Both the position numbers and the translations under genes were made by a program. 64,000 nucleotides of DNA from a virus. Positions 46,350 through 56,503 of the stretch are shown piece after piece. The notes under the pieces were generated by a model. That model did not search any database. It was not told where the DNA came from and saw only the letters and a program-made list of their open reading frames with translations. The stretch lies in IMG/VR virus record IMGVR_UViG_3300021356_000797, positions 39,841-103,840 of that record; one strand, given 5' to 3'. The stretch's first letter is position 1, and each line of letters begins with the position of its first letter.

Positions 46350-47415
46350 ATTCTTTTGGTAAGTTAATGGAGTCAATTGTAAAACTAAAGAACTGGTTGC
46401 TTACATAGTAAGTATTATTCAAGTCTTTAGCTTTATCTTCTAAGAATTCTTTAAGACCTACAGACGTAAGCTTACCACTTTCAAACAACTTTTTAATCAA
46501 CGTTGCATGAGAAGATGTGCTATGTCTGTAGTCCTTATAAAGAGCCTTGATAGCTTTAAATGATGCTCCATTATAAGCCTTGGAATATCTTAGCCAGTCT
46601 ATATGCTTGAATAACAAGAACATAAGCAGATCTTCATTATCACTCCAGCTGAAGTTTGATAACAGAGTTGCACCCATTTCTTTATCTGGATCACTAGTAG
46701 ATGTAAGCATCTGTTGGATACGGGTAAAGTCTTCATAGGTTGCTTTGTTATCATCATTAACTAGACTAATAAAAGCATCTTCAGTAAATACTTTGTTACG
46801 GGTTTTCCATAGAGACTGCAGCTCAGTATTATTTTCTTCAGTGATATAAGAAAGAATATTCTTATCTGGTGAATCTAAAAACTGTCTGTACTGATGCTCT
46901 ACAGGGTTGCTTGTATCTAAGAAATAATCTAGATTACTTCCATGGTTTAAAGCAATAACTGTATCCTTTTCATCACTGAATGTTTCAATTGCATTTCTCC
47001 AATCTATGATAGTTGCTTTTGCTGGCCTCCACATAAAAGATAAATTTTTTGCAAGTATGTCCCAGTTGTTAAGTACATAGTCATAGATTTCAAGAAGCTT
47101 AGCTCTATCATATTTAGATACTCTAGGATAATGATCAAATACAAATAGATTTTCTATGTGTTTAGTACTTAAGACAAGCTTGTCAGCTGAATCTTTCTTT
47201 CTGGTTTGAGTAATACTAAACCGGTCCTTAGCTTTATTTATTTGATCTCTGGTTACCAAAGACTTAGGATATACATATACGCTATCTAAATAGTTGAGTT
47301 TTGTTTTAGCTTTATCCATACCTGAGTATAGATTTTCTAAAACTTCTTCTCTTCTTTTATTGCTACCGTATATGTATTCTCCTGCATCTAAGTACACCAT
47401 TCTAATTTTTTGCAT
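46324..47415 (-). CDS. Hypothetical protein, paralog of 47402-48412
   Basis: Shares 'T.....AD..V' and 'M..S..D..(M/L)...L..F' blocks with its neighbour. Confidence 0.7.
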   Translation of the reverse strand: MQKIRMVYLDAGEYIYGSNKRREEVLENLYSGMDKAKTKLNYLDSVYVYPKSLVTRDQINKAKDRFSITQTRKKDSADKLVLSTKHIENLFVFDHYPRVSKYDRAKLLEIYDYVLNNWDILAKNLSFMWRPAKATIIDWRNAIETFSDEKDTVIALNHGSNLDYFLDTSNPVEHQYRQFLDSPDKNILSYITEENNTELQSLWKTRNKVFTEDAFISLVNDDNKATYEDFTRIQQMLTSTSDPDKEMGATLLSNFSWSDNEDLLMFLLFKHIDWLRYSKAYNGASFKAIKALYKDYRHSTSSHATLIKKLFESGKLTSVGLKEFLEDKAKDLNNTYYVSNQFFSFTIDSINLPKEYDEIRSQL

Positions 47416-48412
47416 AGTGGTGTTCTTTTAAAAGTTGTTTGTACTTATCTTTCATTTCAAACTTAACAGACCAGACGCCTGGATTCTGCGATACATAAAC
47501 TCTTCTTTGCAAATCTTTATAGATGTAAGCAAAGATCTCTGGAGTAAGAGCATTCTTCTTTTCACAGTACTGAAAGAACTCAGTCTCATTAAGATGACCG
47601 TATACTTCATACACATCTGTAATGAATTCTCTTACAGCTTTCATTCTTCTGTTCAAGTACCAGACTCTACCTCCAGAATATAGTTCTCTACAAAACTTCC
47701 AAGTAAGTAACTCTGAAGCTTTGTAATCAAATGTTCCAAGCATGTGATTAGCAAGCTTAGTATCTTCATCATTACTTGAGCTAATCATTCTACATACAGA
47801 CTTAATATTTTCTTCAGTTAATTCTGTAATAGAGCCTGTTGCTATACCCAAGTCATAAGGAGTAACCAGCTTGTTAGGATAAGCCGTAGCTGCTGCTATT
47901 GCAACTAATACGTTATCATCAAATACAATTTTAGAACCATAGTTCCACCAAGAACTTTCACTGACATGATCTTCTTTCATTAAAAGTTCATGTGTCTCAT
48001 TCCAATTACTATTCGGAGAGTCTGAAGTTACAAGAACATCACAGTTAGCATCTTTAATTATAATAGCATTTTCAAAGTATACTGTAGAATCGTATACACT
48101 ATTGTCTACTACAATATGATCAGCTTTATCTGCATCTTTAGTAATCTTACCACCTGCCATTTGAATATAGGCTTTGATATTAGAGTAAGGCGTCTTAGTA
48201 TTACCAATAATAAAATATCTGTCTTTTGCTTTGTAAGTAAAAGTTTTAGACGGGACATTTACTTTGCTTTTAATAATTTCTGCAACACCATATCTAGTTC
48301 TTTTTAGTGATATTTCAGGAGCATAATAGCTTCCATTAGTAGTAAAATGTTTGAAAACTTTGGGGTCAGCTATTGCCAACCCCTCAGTTACTAAATCTTG
48401 AAACGTTTTCAT
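47402..48412 (-). CDS. Hypothetical protein with BRCT-like segment
   Basis: 'IKAYIQMAGGKITKDADKADHIVV' resembles the BRCT GG motif. Confidence 0.65.
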   Translation of the reverse strand: MKTFQDLVTEGLAIADPKVFKHFTTNGSYYAPEISLKRTRYGVAEIIKSKVNVPSKTFTYKAKDRYFIIGNTKTPYSNIKAYIQMAGGKITKDADKADHIVVDNSVYDSTVYFENAIIIKDANCDVLVTSDSPNSNWNETHELLMKEDHVSESSWWNYGSKIVFDDNVLVAIAAATAYPNKLVTPYDLGIATGSITELTEENIKSVCRMISSSNDEDTKLANHMLGTFDYKASELLTWKFCRELYSGGRVWYLNRRMKAVREFITDVYEVYGHLNETEFFQYCEKKNALTPEIFAYIYKDLQRRVYVSQNPGVWSVKFEMKDKYKQLLKEHHYAKN

Positions 48413-49668
48413 TATTCAGTTATCATTTTAGAAATTTCTGGATTCATCACAAGCTTCTGGAACTTAGCACGGTTACCGTTGATAATAGTACGTGCAATCA
48501 TGTACTTGTTATCCATAGTAAAGTACTCAGAAGTCAAAAGCATAGTCAATCTATCAATCAAGTTCTTGTCTACAGTGTTAGACTTAGAGTATAACAATGC
48601 ATAGTTTGCAAGACGCGTTGATAGAATAGATGTAATTGCTGCAGATAGTTCACCATCACTGTCTTTAACAGAGCTAGATAGTTTAGACTTCATAGTCTTT
48701 TCTTCAGCGGTTAGCATCTCTTTTGGGTGGATGAGTTTATCCAGGTTATTATGTATAAACGTAGTGAATGTAGTAGAGAATGCCTCTCCTACAGAACCTT
48801 CACCAATCATCTGTACCATAGGTAGATTCTTAGCAAAGTCATCAAAGCTTGAGATAGCATTGAAGAATGTAGTAATAGATCTTGCATTACATTCTGGTGT
48901 TACCATTTCTGGATAACGCAGCATGAAGTTAATACAACGGGAATCTACTCCTGCTTCTTCTGCCCACTCAGCCCATGTATCTACATTAAACTCTAGATTA
49001 GCAGAAATGAAACGTGTCTTCTGTGCTGCATCAATAGAGTTAACCATGTAGTTACCATCATCTGGGTTAGCTGTTAGAACAATGTGCCAGTCTTGTGGTA
49101 GTGACCAAGAGATATAAGTCTGACGGTCAACCAATTCCATAACTGCCTGAATAAATCTAGGATCTGCACGGTTCCAGTCATCTAGCAAAAGTATACCACC
49201 TTTAGTCTTACCTGCAATCCATTCTGGTGGTAAGTAAGCAGTACGCTTTTTCTTAGTCATTTGCCAACCGTTGTTAAGGAAAATCTTAACTGCTTCAGCA
49301 TCTACCCATTGTCCTACTTTTTTAGAAGAACCGGTAGAAGCACTACTGATGGCATCTGCAGCATTAACTGAAGAGAAATTAAGTGTCTCACCTTGCTTTA
49401 CTGCAACTTCTTTGATCATGTAGTACTCCTTAGTAGAGAAACCTACAAGGTCACCTAGCTCCTCAATCTGTGCAAGATTAAGTTTTACTAGATCTAAGTT
49501 GTGCTGTTCTGCAATTTGATAGATACTGGTGGTTTTACCAATACCTGATTCACCAATAACTTCAACAGCTACAGGATTCTTGCCCTCAGCCTGCAGTTGT
49601 CTGTTAGAGGTAATAATGTGGTCCATGAAGGACTTTAGTTCATTTGTGTTTAGAGTTACTTGTGCCAT
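48412..49668 (-). CDS. MoxR-like AAA+ ATPase
   Basis: Walker A GESGIGKT, Walker B 'LLLDDWNRA', 'LTANP', 'AQKTRF'. Confidence 0.85.
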   Translation of the reverse strand: MAQVTLNTNELKSFMDHIITSNRQLQAEGKNPVAVEVIGESGIGKTTSIYQIAEQHNLDLVKLNLAQIEELGDLVGFSTKEYYMIKEVAVKQGETLNFSSVNAADAISSASTGSSKKVGQWVDAEAVKIFLNNGWQMTKKKRTAYLPPEWIAGKTKGGILLLDDWNRADPRFIQAVMELVDRQTYISWSLPQDWHIVLTANPDDGNYMVNSIDAAQKTRFISANLEFNVDTWAEWAEEAGVDSRCINFMLRYPEMVTPECNARSITTFFNAISSFDDFAKNLPMVQMIGEGSVGEAFSTTFTTFIHNNLDKLIHPKEMLTAEEKTMKSKLSSSVKDSDGELSAAITSILSTRLANYALLYSKSNTVDKNLIDRLTMLLTSEYFTMDNKYMIARTIINGNRAKFQKLVMNPEISKMITE

Positions 49669-49676
49669 GTTTTCTT

Positions 49677-50831
49677 TTAATTTAATTTGATTTTATAACC
49701 TGGTAAGAGGTCATTAATTGTTGATACTGATGAGTGACACCACAGAGTTCTTTTAGGACAGTTCTTTGGGGGTCCTGCTTCACCATCTGTTAGATAAATG
49801 AGTGTTGTATATTTTCTTCTGTTCTCATTATAATAATCAATCACAGGTTGGAAGGATGTACCTCCTCTCCCATGTACTTTAAAATCCTTTTTAGGATCAA
49901 AGGGTTCAACACTTTGGATTCTTGTATCACACTGGATGATATCTACATAACTACCAGTCTTATTGATATGATGAATTTCATTAAGGAACTCCTTAACTTC
50001 AGCATCACTTACAGATCCTGATGTGTCAATAGCAACTAACACACTATTTCTGTATTTAATTTTAAGACCTGGGTTATCAGGATATCTTTTGTTAGGCTTG
50101 CGTCTAAGAATTCTTGTATAAGATTTAATAGATGCTCCAACAAATCTTCTGAGATAACCTTTCCAATCAAACTTTGCAGGCTCAACATATCTTAGTCTTT
50201 CAATAAGACCAGATAGCTCTCCCGGTATTTTACCAGAAGATTTTTCCATTTCCTCTGCAATAGATACTAGCTGATGTTCTACTTGTTTTTCAATAAGTTT
50301 CTTTTCAGCTTCACTGAGATTCTCAAATTCTCCCCACTGGTGATCAGTACCACCACCATTATCAAGCATATCTTGTAATGATTGGGATCCATCTTCTCCT
50401 TTTTCTTTCTCCTCCTGTAGCAAATTATAGTACACTTTAGTACCAGCTTTTGCAGGAAGTTTTAGATCAGGAAAAGAGGCCATGGTTATACCACCTTCTG
50501 GTAACCATGCGGGTGCAATGTGTTGATTAATTTCAAGATCTGCAGCTATATTAAATAGTTGTTTGTCTTGATAAGAATCACGCATTGTAAGGTGTCCAAA
50601 AGCAATATGAAGTAGCTCATGTTTAATCAAACCTTTTCTATGTAAGTCACTAAGACTCTCAAAGAAATCTGGATTAACCATTAGCTTAACTCCAATACCA
50701 TCTTTAGCAACACCTGCTGTAGGTAAGTCACTGCTGAAGGATCTGTTCAGACTTGACATAAAATGCCCATAGTAGGGCTCATCAAATAACAAATCCTTAC
50801 TTACGCGTGACAGCATTTTCATGTCTGCCAT
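49677..50831 (-). CDS. DUF2201-type zincin-like metallopeptidase fused to vWA domain
   Basis: HELLH, 'NIAADLEIN'; MIDAS 'DTSGS', 'GRGGT', 'LTDG'. Confidence 0.9.
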   Translation of the reverse strand: MADMKMLSRVSKDLLFDEPYYGHFMSSLNRSFSSDLPTAGVAKDGIGVKLMVNPDFFESLSDLHRKGLIKHELLHIAFGHLTMRDSYQDKQLFNIAADLEINQHIAPAWLPEGGITMASFPDLKLPAKAGTKVYYNLLQEEKEKGEDGSQSLQDMLDNGGGTDHQWGEFENLSEAEKKLIEKQVEHQLVSIAEEMEKSSGKIPGELSGLIERLRYVEPAKFDWKGYLRRFVGASIKSYTRILRRKPNKRYPDNPGLKIKYRNSVLVAIDTSGSVSDAEVKEFLNEIHHINKTGSYVDIIQCDTRIQSVEPFDPKKDFKVHGRGGTSFQPVIDYYNENRRKYTTLIYLTDGEAGPPKNCPKRTLWCHSSVSTINDLLPGYKIKLN

Positions 50832-50849
50832 AGTATGTAATTAAAGTAA

Positions 50850-51218
50850 TTAGTCTAGTATACGAATGTATACGCCTGGGTTTTCCTTATCATAACTGTA
50901 GGGTTTGAAATAAGGAATCATAATGGTACAGTTATCATCTTCTAGCCAACCATGATGTACCATTTCATCTTGGATTGTTTGTGCTGGATTGATATAATCA
51001 AATTTATGTCTGCTGCCCCGGATAAACTCCATCTCTATTTTTAGAGGTAGTTCTTTATCCTTTATAGCATCTACAAAGTCATTTTTATATTTCTTCCACA
51101 AAGGTTTAGTAAGAGCCTTCCATTTCTGTACCGTTTTACTTACAACAAAGTACTTGCCTGTCCATTGACGGCTGTTCTTTGAAGAAGGTACATTATATGG
51201 AATGAAGAACTCTTTCAT
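50850..51218 (-). CDS. RusA-like Holliday junction resolvase
   Basis: 'VPSSKN', 'KFDYIN..Q...D......W..DDN'. Confidence 0.65.
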   Translation of the reverse strand: MKEFFIPYNVPSSKNSRQWTGKYFVVSKTVQKWKALTKPLWKKYKNDFVDAIKDKELPLKIEMEFIRGSRHKFDYINPAQTIQDEMVHHGWLEDDNCTIMIPYFKPYSYDKENPGVYIRILD

Positions 51219-52210
51219 TATGTCAAAGATAAGGCTTTCCTCAGAATGGGTGTAAGCTTATTTCTAACTTCTTCTAAACCATTGATAGCAACACTATCAG
51301 ATATGTCTTTAAACATAGGTAGAAACGCTGCAGGAATGCCATACTCATCAGTATACTTCTGTGCAGAATTTTTACCAGCATTATCATTATCAAATAAAGT
51401 AACTACACCTTGGTATCTACTTAAGAATGTTTCTATGTACATAGGCTTAATCATAGTGTTCTCACTATCTGGTGCAACAACTTCTATGTTATTGTACTTA
51501 AGCTCTGTTATACACATGGCATCCTTTAGAGATGAGCATATTACTAAATAAGGTTTCTGATATGTCAATTGATCAAGACCTTGTAAGTGATCAGCAAGCT
51601 TCATGAACTTGTACTTTTTATTTAAAGGTTGGTAAATCTTATAGAGCTTACCATCTTTATTAAAGTACCCGTACATGTTTGAGTTACTGATTGTAGAATA
51701 ACGTTTATTATCCCCCATCTTTGTGACAATAGTGACAGAATTTAGGGGTCTAACATTAAACTTGTTCAGAGTATAGCTGCTAATATGATATAAGTCTGAC
51801 CAGTATTCTTCATCAAGTTTATTCCAGGGCCTGGTTTCATACTTATCAATGTCTACAGAAGAACTCTCCGTGTATTCTTTATTAATCCCTGCGCTACCAT
51901 TCTTGGTAACATAGGTATTATAATCACGCATTATAATTCTTACTGCTTCACTAACAGATATACCTCTTTCTTTTGCTAATAGATCTATACCACTACCTTG
52001 GTTATTAGTTGAGAAACATTTAAATCTGTAATCATTTATGTCTTCCTTGTAATAGAAATACATAGACGGAGTTCTTTCCGTAGGATTAAAGAAGGATGTA
52101 ACGCAAACTCTTTGACCATTTAAAGGTTCTGGTAAGTTCCAATAGTACTGAAAGATCCAGGCTGAAGGAATCTTTTTGATGTCATCTACTATGTTCTTGG
52201 TACTTATCAT
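51218..52210 (-). CDS. DNA primase (crAss-type DnaG/TOPRIM)
   Basis: N-terminal 'ERTPSM..FKCFS'; TOPRIM 'ICSSLKDA', 'FDNDNAG', 'KDISD'. Confidence 0.8.
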   Translation of the reverse strand: MISTKNIVDDIKKIPSAWIFQYYWNLPEPLNGQRVCVTSFFNPTERTPSMYFYYKEDINDYRFKCFSTNNQGSGIDLLAKERGISVSEAVRIIMRDYNTYVTKNGSAGINKEYTESSSVDIDKYETRPWNKLDEEYWSDLYHISSYTLNKFNVRPLNSVTIVTKMGDNKRYSTISNSNMYGYFNKDGKLYKIYQPLNKKYKFMKLADHLQGLDQLTYQKPYLVICSSLKDAMCITELKYNNIEVVAPDSENTMIKPMYIETFLSRYQGVVTLFDNDNAGKNSAQKYTDEYGIPAAFLPMFKDISDSVAINGLEEVRNKLTPILRKALSLT

Positions 52211-52244
52211 CTTGCATGAGTAAACTTATAAAAAATTATTACAT

Positions 52245-52273
52245 AAAAAAAGGGGACCACTTGGATCCCCTTT
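52245..52273 (-). terminator. Rho-independent terminator
   Basis: AAAGGGGA...TCCCCTTT stem preceded by an A-run on + (U-tract on -). Confidence 0.75.
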
Positions 52274-52289
52274 AATTACATAACTCTAA

Positions 52290-52991
52290 TTACAAATTAA
52301 ACCCACTGTCAGCAGATTTATCACCACCAAAGTTAGAAACACTTTGAGATTCTTGTGCTTTCTCTGCAGCAAGATCTTTAGCTTTCTGAGTTACATAGAT
52401 GTCTTTACTTTCATCATATGCAAACAACTCATCTGGGTTAGTACTGAATGACTTACCCTTTCTACCTTTAGGTGAAGCTAGGTCTAGATAATAGTTATAG
52501 TATCCATTCTTAGCAGACTTCTTGCCACCAACAACCATATGAATGTATTCATCATTACAAATAATTGGTTTAGCAGAGGCAACAAATTGTTCAATTGTCT
52601 CAGCTTCAATAAGATCAATCTCATTCTCTACACCTTTTGCTTTAGCCAAAGCTTTAAGCACGCGCAAGATAGATGTATCTCTATGAATAACTGTACCATC
52701 TGGTAATGTACGAGTAGAGAAACCATAAGGGTTCAAAGAAACAATACCAATTTGACCTTGTGCCAATGGGCTGTTAGGGTCATCATTGTAAAGTCTCCAT
52801 GCTTGTAGTCCTTCAATAGGTTCTGTTTCTACACGGATATTAACTGATAGTTTATCAGGAGCATTTTGATCATGGTATCCTGGTGTTTCAGAATACAAAT
52901 CATAAATTTTCACTTTGTGTACACCAGGTCTAACTAGTGGTCCTACATTGCTACTTCCTTCTCCTACTGTAATGTCTTTTGTACTTAACAT
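52290..52991 (-). CDS. Putative ssDNA-binding protein
   Basis: 'PGVHKVKI' OB-like start, acidic/aromatic tail (DSGFNL), next to the Sak4-like gene. Confidence 0.5.
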   Translation of the reverse strand: MLSTKDITVGEGSSNVGPLVRPGVHKVKIYDLYSETPGYHDQNAPDKLSVNIRVETEPIEGLQAWRLYNDDPNSPLAQGQIGIVSLNPYGFSTRTLPDGTVIHRDTSILRVLKALAKAKGVENEIDLIEAETIEQFVASAKPIICNDEYIHMVVGGKKSAKNGYYNYYLDLASPKGRKGKSFSTNPDELFAYDESKDIYVTQKAKDLAAEKAQESQSVSNFGGDKSADSGFNL

Positions 52992-53008
52992 TTTCTTTCT
53001 GGTTTTAA

Positions 53009-53689
53009 TTATTCTTCTTCATTTTCGTATCTGATGATACATTCTTTAACATAGGCTAGATCATTTGGGATCTCATCATCAAACATACCTTCTGGGGATT
53101 TACATGTATTCTCACCGTTGTTCTTGGTTTCAAATATATGCTCTACACCTTCTTTAGTACGTTTAACTTTAGAGAATAAGACCATTGAGAACAAACCTTC
53201 TAGTGTTAGGGCGTTGTCAATCATCTTACCAATAGTCTTAGCTTTAATTTTTCTACGGCCATCCATGTCTACAGATTCCTCAGCATGAGATAGGAATACT
53301 ACAAAGATATCATCTGGTAGCTCCGTTACTGTAAACTTAATAATATCATAGATTTGCTTAGCAAGCTTTACAAACTTGTCATAACCTTTTACATCAGCGT
53401 TATTCATATACTCAAATGCCATGAGATATTGAAAGTCATCAATGATGATGTTCTTGATGTTAGGTTTTGCTTCAAGTAATTGTGTAATACTTCTTGCTAA
53501 ACCAAGAGGAGTGTTCTGCTTACTCATGTTCATACTCTCACCTTCATACTGGTATTTCTTTTTCCAGCCTCTAAAAGGTAAGGGCTTGTTTGCAACATTG
53601 TAAATAAATGTTTCCTCTGCAGGTAGAGTTCTGATTGCAGTAGACTTACCACTACCAGACTCACCAATTACTAAAACTGCTTGTGCCAT
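53009..53689 (-). CDS. Sak4-like (AAA_24) ATPase / recombinase
   Basis: GESGSGKS, 'KPLPF', 'IIDDFQY', 'KTIGKMID', 'CKSPEGMF'. Confidence 0.85.
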   Translation of the reverse strand: MAQAVLVIGESGSGKSTAIRTLPAEETFIYNVANKPLPFRGWKKKYQYEGESMNMSKQNTPLGLARSITQLLEAKPNIKNIIIDDFQYLMAFEYMNNADVKGYDKFVKLAKQIYDIIKFTVTELPDDIFVVFLSHAEESVDMDGRRKIKAKTIGKMIDNALTLEGLFSMVLFSKVKRTKEGVEHIFETKNNGENTCKSPEGMFDDEIPNDLAYVKECIIRYENEEE

Positions 53690-54351
53690 TAGCCATTGTT
53701 TTCTTTATTAATAAACTCATTGATACCTGGAATACTACTTACCGGTTTTCTATGTGTAATAGCATAGAGATCTCTAGCAGTTAGTTTTAACAGGCTTGTA
53801 TCAATACCATCTTCCTCAATAGCAGATAAGTCTAAACCTGCTTGAGGTTTCTCAAATGCTGTTGCTTGGTCAATAGGTTCATGCTTAGGTTTAACTCCTG
53901 AGATAGGGCTCATATCAAACAAAGGAAGTTCTTCTTGTTTGTTAAAGCTTTCCCAAAATTCTAAGCCTTCACCTACTACAGTAAATTCTTCAAAAGGTAC
54001 AGCGTACTTATAGAAAGTACCTGATTGTGAGTTAACTACAATCTTTTCATAACCTTCTGAAAGATCATCCCAATATGGGTTAAAGGTCCACTTGTATAGT
54101 TTATAGTTTTCTTTAGAGAGTCTATCATAGTTTCTCCAGTCAATGTTCTCTACATAAACATGTCCTATCTTTCCAATGGTGGTTAACTCATTTTCAAAGA
54201 AGCTACATGCTAGATAAGTGTTACCTTCCGTGCCTTCATGCCTAATAGATTTAGGAATGTAATAGGGGTTATCTTCTCCAATACTATCAAAGTATGGATG
54301 GAATAACTTCCTAAGCTCTTTTCTTTTCTCTGCTCTTTCTTCTTTCGTCAT
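53689..54351 (-). CDS. Hypothetical protein
   Basis: 220-aa ORF; C-terminal 'TARDLYAI...KPVS'. Confidence 0.7.
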   Translation of the reverse strand: MTKEERAEKRKELRKLFHPYFDSIGEDNPYYIPKSIRHEGTEGNTYLACSFFENELTTIGKIGHVYVENIDWRNYDRLSKENYKLYKWTFNPYWDDLSEGYEKIVVNSQSGTFYKYAVPFEEFTVVGEGLEFWESFNKQEELPLFDMSPISGVKPKHEPIDQATAFEKPQAGLDLSAIEEDGIDTSLLKLTARDLYAITHRKPVSSIPGINEFINKENNG

Positions 54352-54357
54352 AGCTTA

Positions 54358-55323
54358 TCAATTATCATTACTTAATGGGGGATTTTGAATTATGGGTTTA
54401 TCAATTTCTATAAACTCAAAGTTTTCATAGTTAGCTTCCATATGTATAATACCTTGCTGACCTTCTCTACTTTTTACCAGATGTGCACCAATATAGTTAG
54501 CATGTGGTACGGGTATTTTATGTACGCCATACTCTGTTATACCATATTCTGCAGGTCTGTTTAGAAGTAATACACTATCAGCATGTTGTAGCAAAGCATC
54601 TGCACCAAAGAGATCTGATGTCTTTGGAAAGTTATCTGCTCTACCATTTACCATACGGTGACTCTCTAAAATATTTCTGTTTAACTGTGATAGGGTAAAG
54701 AATATTACCTCATTATTTTTTCTAATGTCTGTAACCATTGCACCATATTCTTCCAGCATAGACTTTTGATCTTGTCCTTTAGCTCTTTTAATAATGATAC
54801 TGTGGTCAACAGCAATAATGAATTTTGTTTTACCAGATTTGTTAAACTGTTTGATATAATAATTAATGACTTTATACATTTGAGTTACCGTAGGTTGTTG
54901 ATCTATGATATCCCATGGTGTATTCTTTGCAGAATCAGTAATGATACTAATCTTCTTTAGAGTTGCCTTATCAATACTACTACCCTCTGCACTAAGCAGA
55001 TGGTCCTTTGTACATTTAAGAATTGATTTAAAGTTCCTAATACCTGTTGCTCTGAGTGGCATCTCTAAGTTAAAGTCAAGTACCCTAATATCTTGACCGG
55101 GGTTTAATTCCCAAGCAGACTTAAGTATCTGATCTTTTATTAGAGTTTTACCTACACCAGATCTGGCTCCAATAACAAAGTTATGTTGCCAAGGTATACC
55201 ATCTACACCTGCCTTGTTCAATTTAGAGAAAGGTGTTTTAAGTGAAGGAGCTCTTCCGTCTTTTCTTCTTACAATGTAGTCTTCAGCTTCTTGTAACGCT
55301 TCATATAAACTTTTAAATTGCAT
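54358..55323 (-). CDS. dnaB: DnaB-like replicative helicase (ATPase domain only)
   Basis: GARSGVGKT, 'FNLEM', 'LSQLNR', 'SDLFGADALLQHAD', 'KSREG'. Confidence 0.9.
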   Translation of the reverse strand: MQFKSLYEALQEAEDYIVRRKDGRAPSLKTPFSKLNKAGVDGIPWQHNFVIGARSGVGKTLIKDQILKSAWELNPGQDIRVLDFNLEMPLRATGIRNFKSILKCTKDHLLSAEGSSIDKATLKKISIITDSAKNTPWDIIDQQPTVTQMYKVINYYIKQFNKSGKTKFIIAVDHSIIIKRAKGQDQKSMLEEYGAMVTDIRKNNEVIFFTLSQLNRNILESHRMVNGRADNFPKTSDLFGADALLQHADSVLLLNRPAEYGITEYGVHKIPVPHANYIGAHLVKSREGQQGIIHMEANYENFEFIEIDKPIIQNPPLSNDN

Positions 55324-55324
55324 A

Positions 55325-55912
55325 TTAGAGTTCTTTAAATCTGTGATCTACTACATTGTTAGTTTGAATAACAGGGTTATCCAAAACATCTTGACAGTAA
55401 TCTGCAAGCTTACTTTCAGTACCTTTTAATATTAGATATCTCAGTTCTCTGAGGTATTTACCATTATCTGTACTGTTGATTTGCTCATCTAGATACCGGG
55501 TTACAGCTTCTATTACAGTTGTGTGACTATAACTATAAACCATAAAGAATCTTATAAGTCTATCCTTTACATCCTTTTTGTTAGATCTAATAGATCTTCC
55601 TTGTGGTGTTTTCTTAGGATATACTTGTTGTAACTTGTCTACTAGTGTGCTTAACGTGTTCTCATCATACTCTTTTTCTTTTATATCATTATTAAATAGT
55701 GAAGATGTAAACTTCAACATGTTCTTTGTCTTGTTAGTAGGGATCCACTTGCCATCTTTACGGCTGAGAAAGCCCTGGTTATAAAGATGATCACAGTCTA
55801 CATTATACCCTTCACCAATACTAACGTTTTGCGTTAGTACATATAGTGCAGCATATTCTGTGGGTGTAATTCCTTTTTGGTTGAGGTAACTAAGGAATTT
55901 AATTTGACTCAT
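55325..55912 (-). CDS. Putative replication initiator / helicase loader (wHTH-like N-terminus)
   Basis: 'L...GFL..DGKW..T.K' plus 'L...YP' domain; immediately upstream of dnaB. Confidence 0.45.
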   Translation of the reverse strand: MSQIKFLSYLNQKGITPTEYAALYVLTQNVSIGEGYNVDCDHLYNQGFLSRKDGKWIPTNKTKNMLKFTSSLFNNDIKEKEYDENTLSTLVDKLQQVYPKKTPQGRSIRSNKKDVKDRLIRFFMVYSYSHTTVIEAVTRYLDEQINSTDNGKYLRELRYLILKGTESKLADYCQDVLDNPVIQTNNVVDHRFKEL

Positions 55913-56466
55913 ATCATACCGGTTTTGATTAGTAGTTGTTTATTTACATTCTGATATCTTTCATTAACAATATTGAACTGCTCTACATGGAACTTAACTC
56001 TCTTTCTTAGAGCTGCATTGTCATCTCTAAGTTGGTTAACTTCATGCTCTAGTTTAGCAATGTGTTTACGATACACTCTTACTACAGCATGATAGTTCAT
56101 TTCATCTGGATCAATATCAATATCATTGAAATTACGCAGGTCATAGTCATCTAACGCATCCTTTACAAGTTTTTCTATATTGTTATACACAACCTTATAA
56201 AGTCTGTCATACTGTATATCTTGCTTATGTCTTTTCATAGCGTTCAATACAGTGGCGTGGTCCTTACCAAATATCTTACCCACTGCAGCTAAAGAAAGAT
56301 TTCCATAGGTTCTCATAGCAGTCATTGCTGCCTGTCTGTATCTGACATTAGATCTTTCCCTAGTATCTGTAAGATTATTATCCATATAGATGTTTAACCA
56401 TAAGTCTTTCAATACCTTAATTTCAGTGGGAATCTGCAGGTTTAACTTGTGATTTCTTTTTTGCAT
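55909..56466 (-). CDS. DnaA domain-IV (Bac_DnaA_C) HTH protein with C-terminal coiled coil
   Basis: 'TRERSNVRYRQAAM...LSLAAVGKIFGKDHATVL'; start MQKRN at 56466 preferred. Confidence 0.8.
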   Translation of the reverse strand: MQKRNHKLNLQIPTEIKVLKDLWLNIYMDNNLTDTRERSNVRYRQAAMTAMRTYGNLSLAAVGKIFGKDHATVLNAMKRHKQDIQYDRLYKVVYNNIEKLVKDALDDYDLRNFNDIDIDPDEMNYHAVVRVYRKHIAKLEHEVNQLRDDNAALRKRVKFHVEQFNIVNERYQNVNKQLLIKTGMI

Positions 56467-56503
56467 TTTAAATCTGGTTTTAATTGGAATAAACTTTGAT
56501 AGG

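Noticed and set aside
22749-55323. Introns or inteins in RNAP, PolB, primase or helicase
   Set aside because: No frame breaks, no C...HN intein ends or LAGLIDADG motifs seen; motif spacing looks normal.
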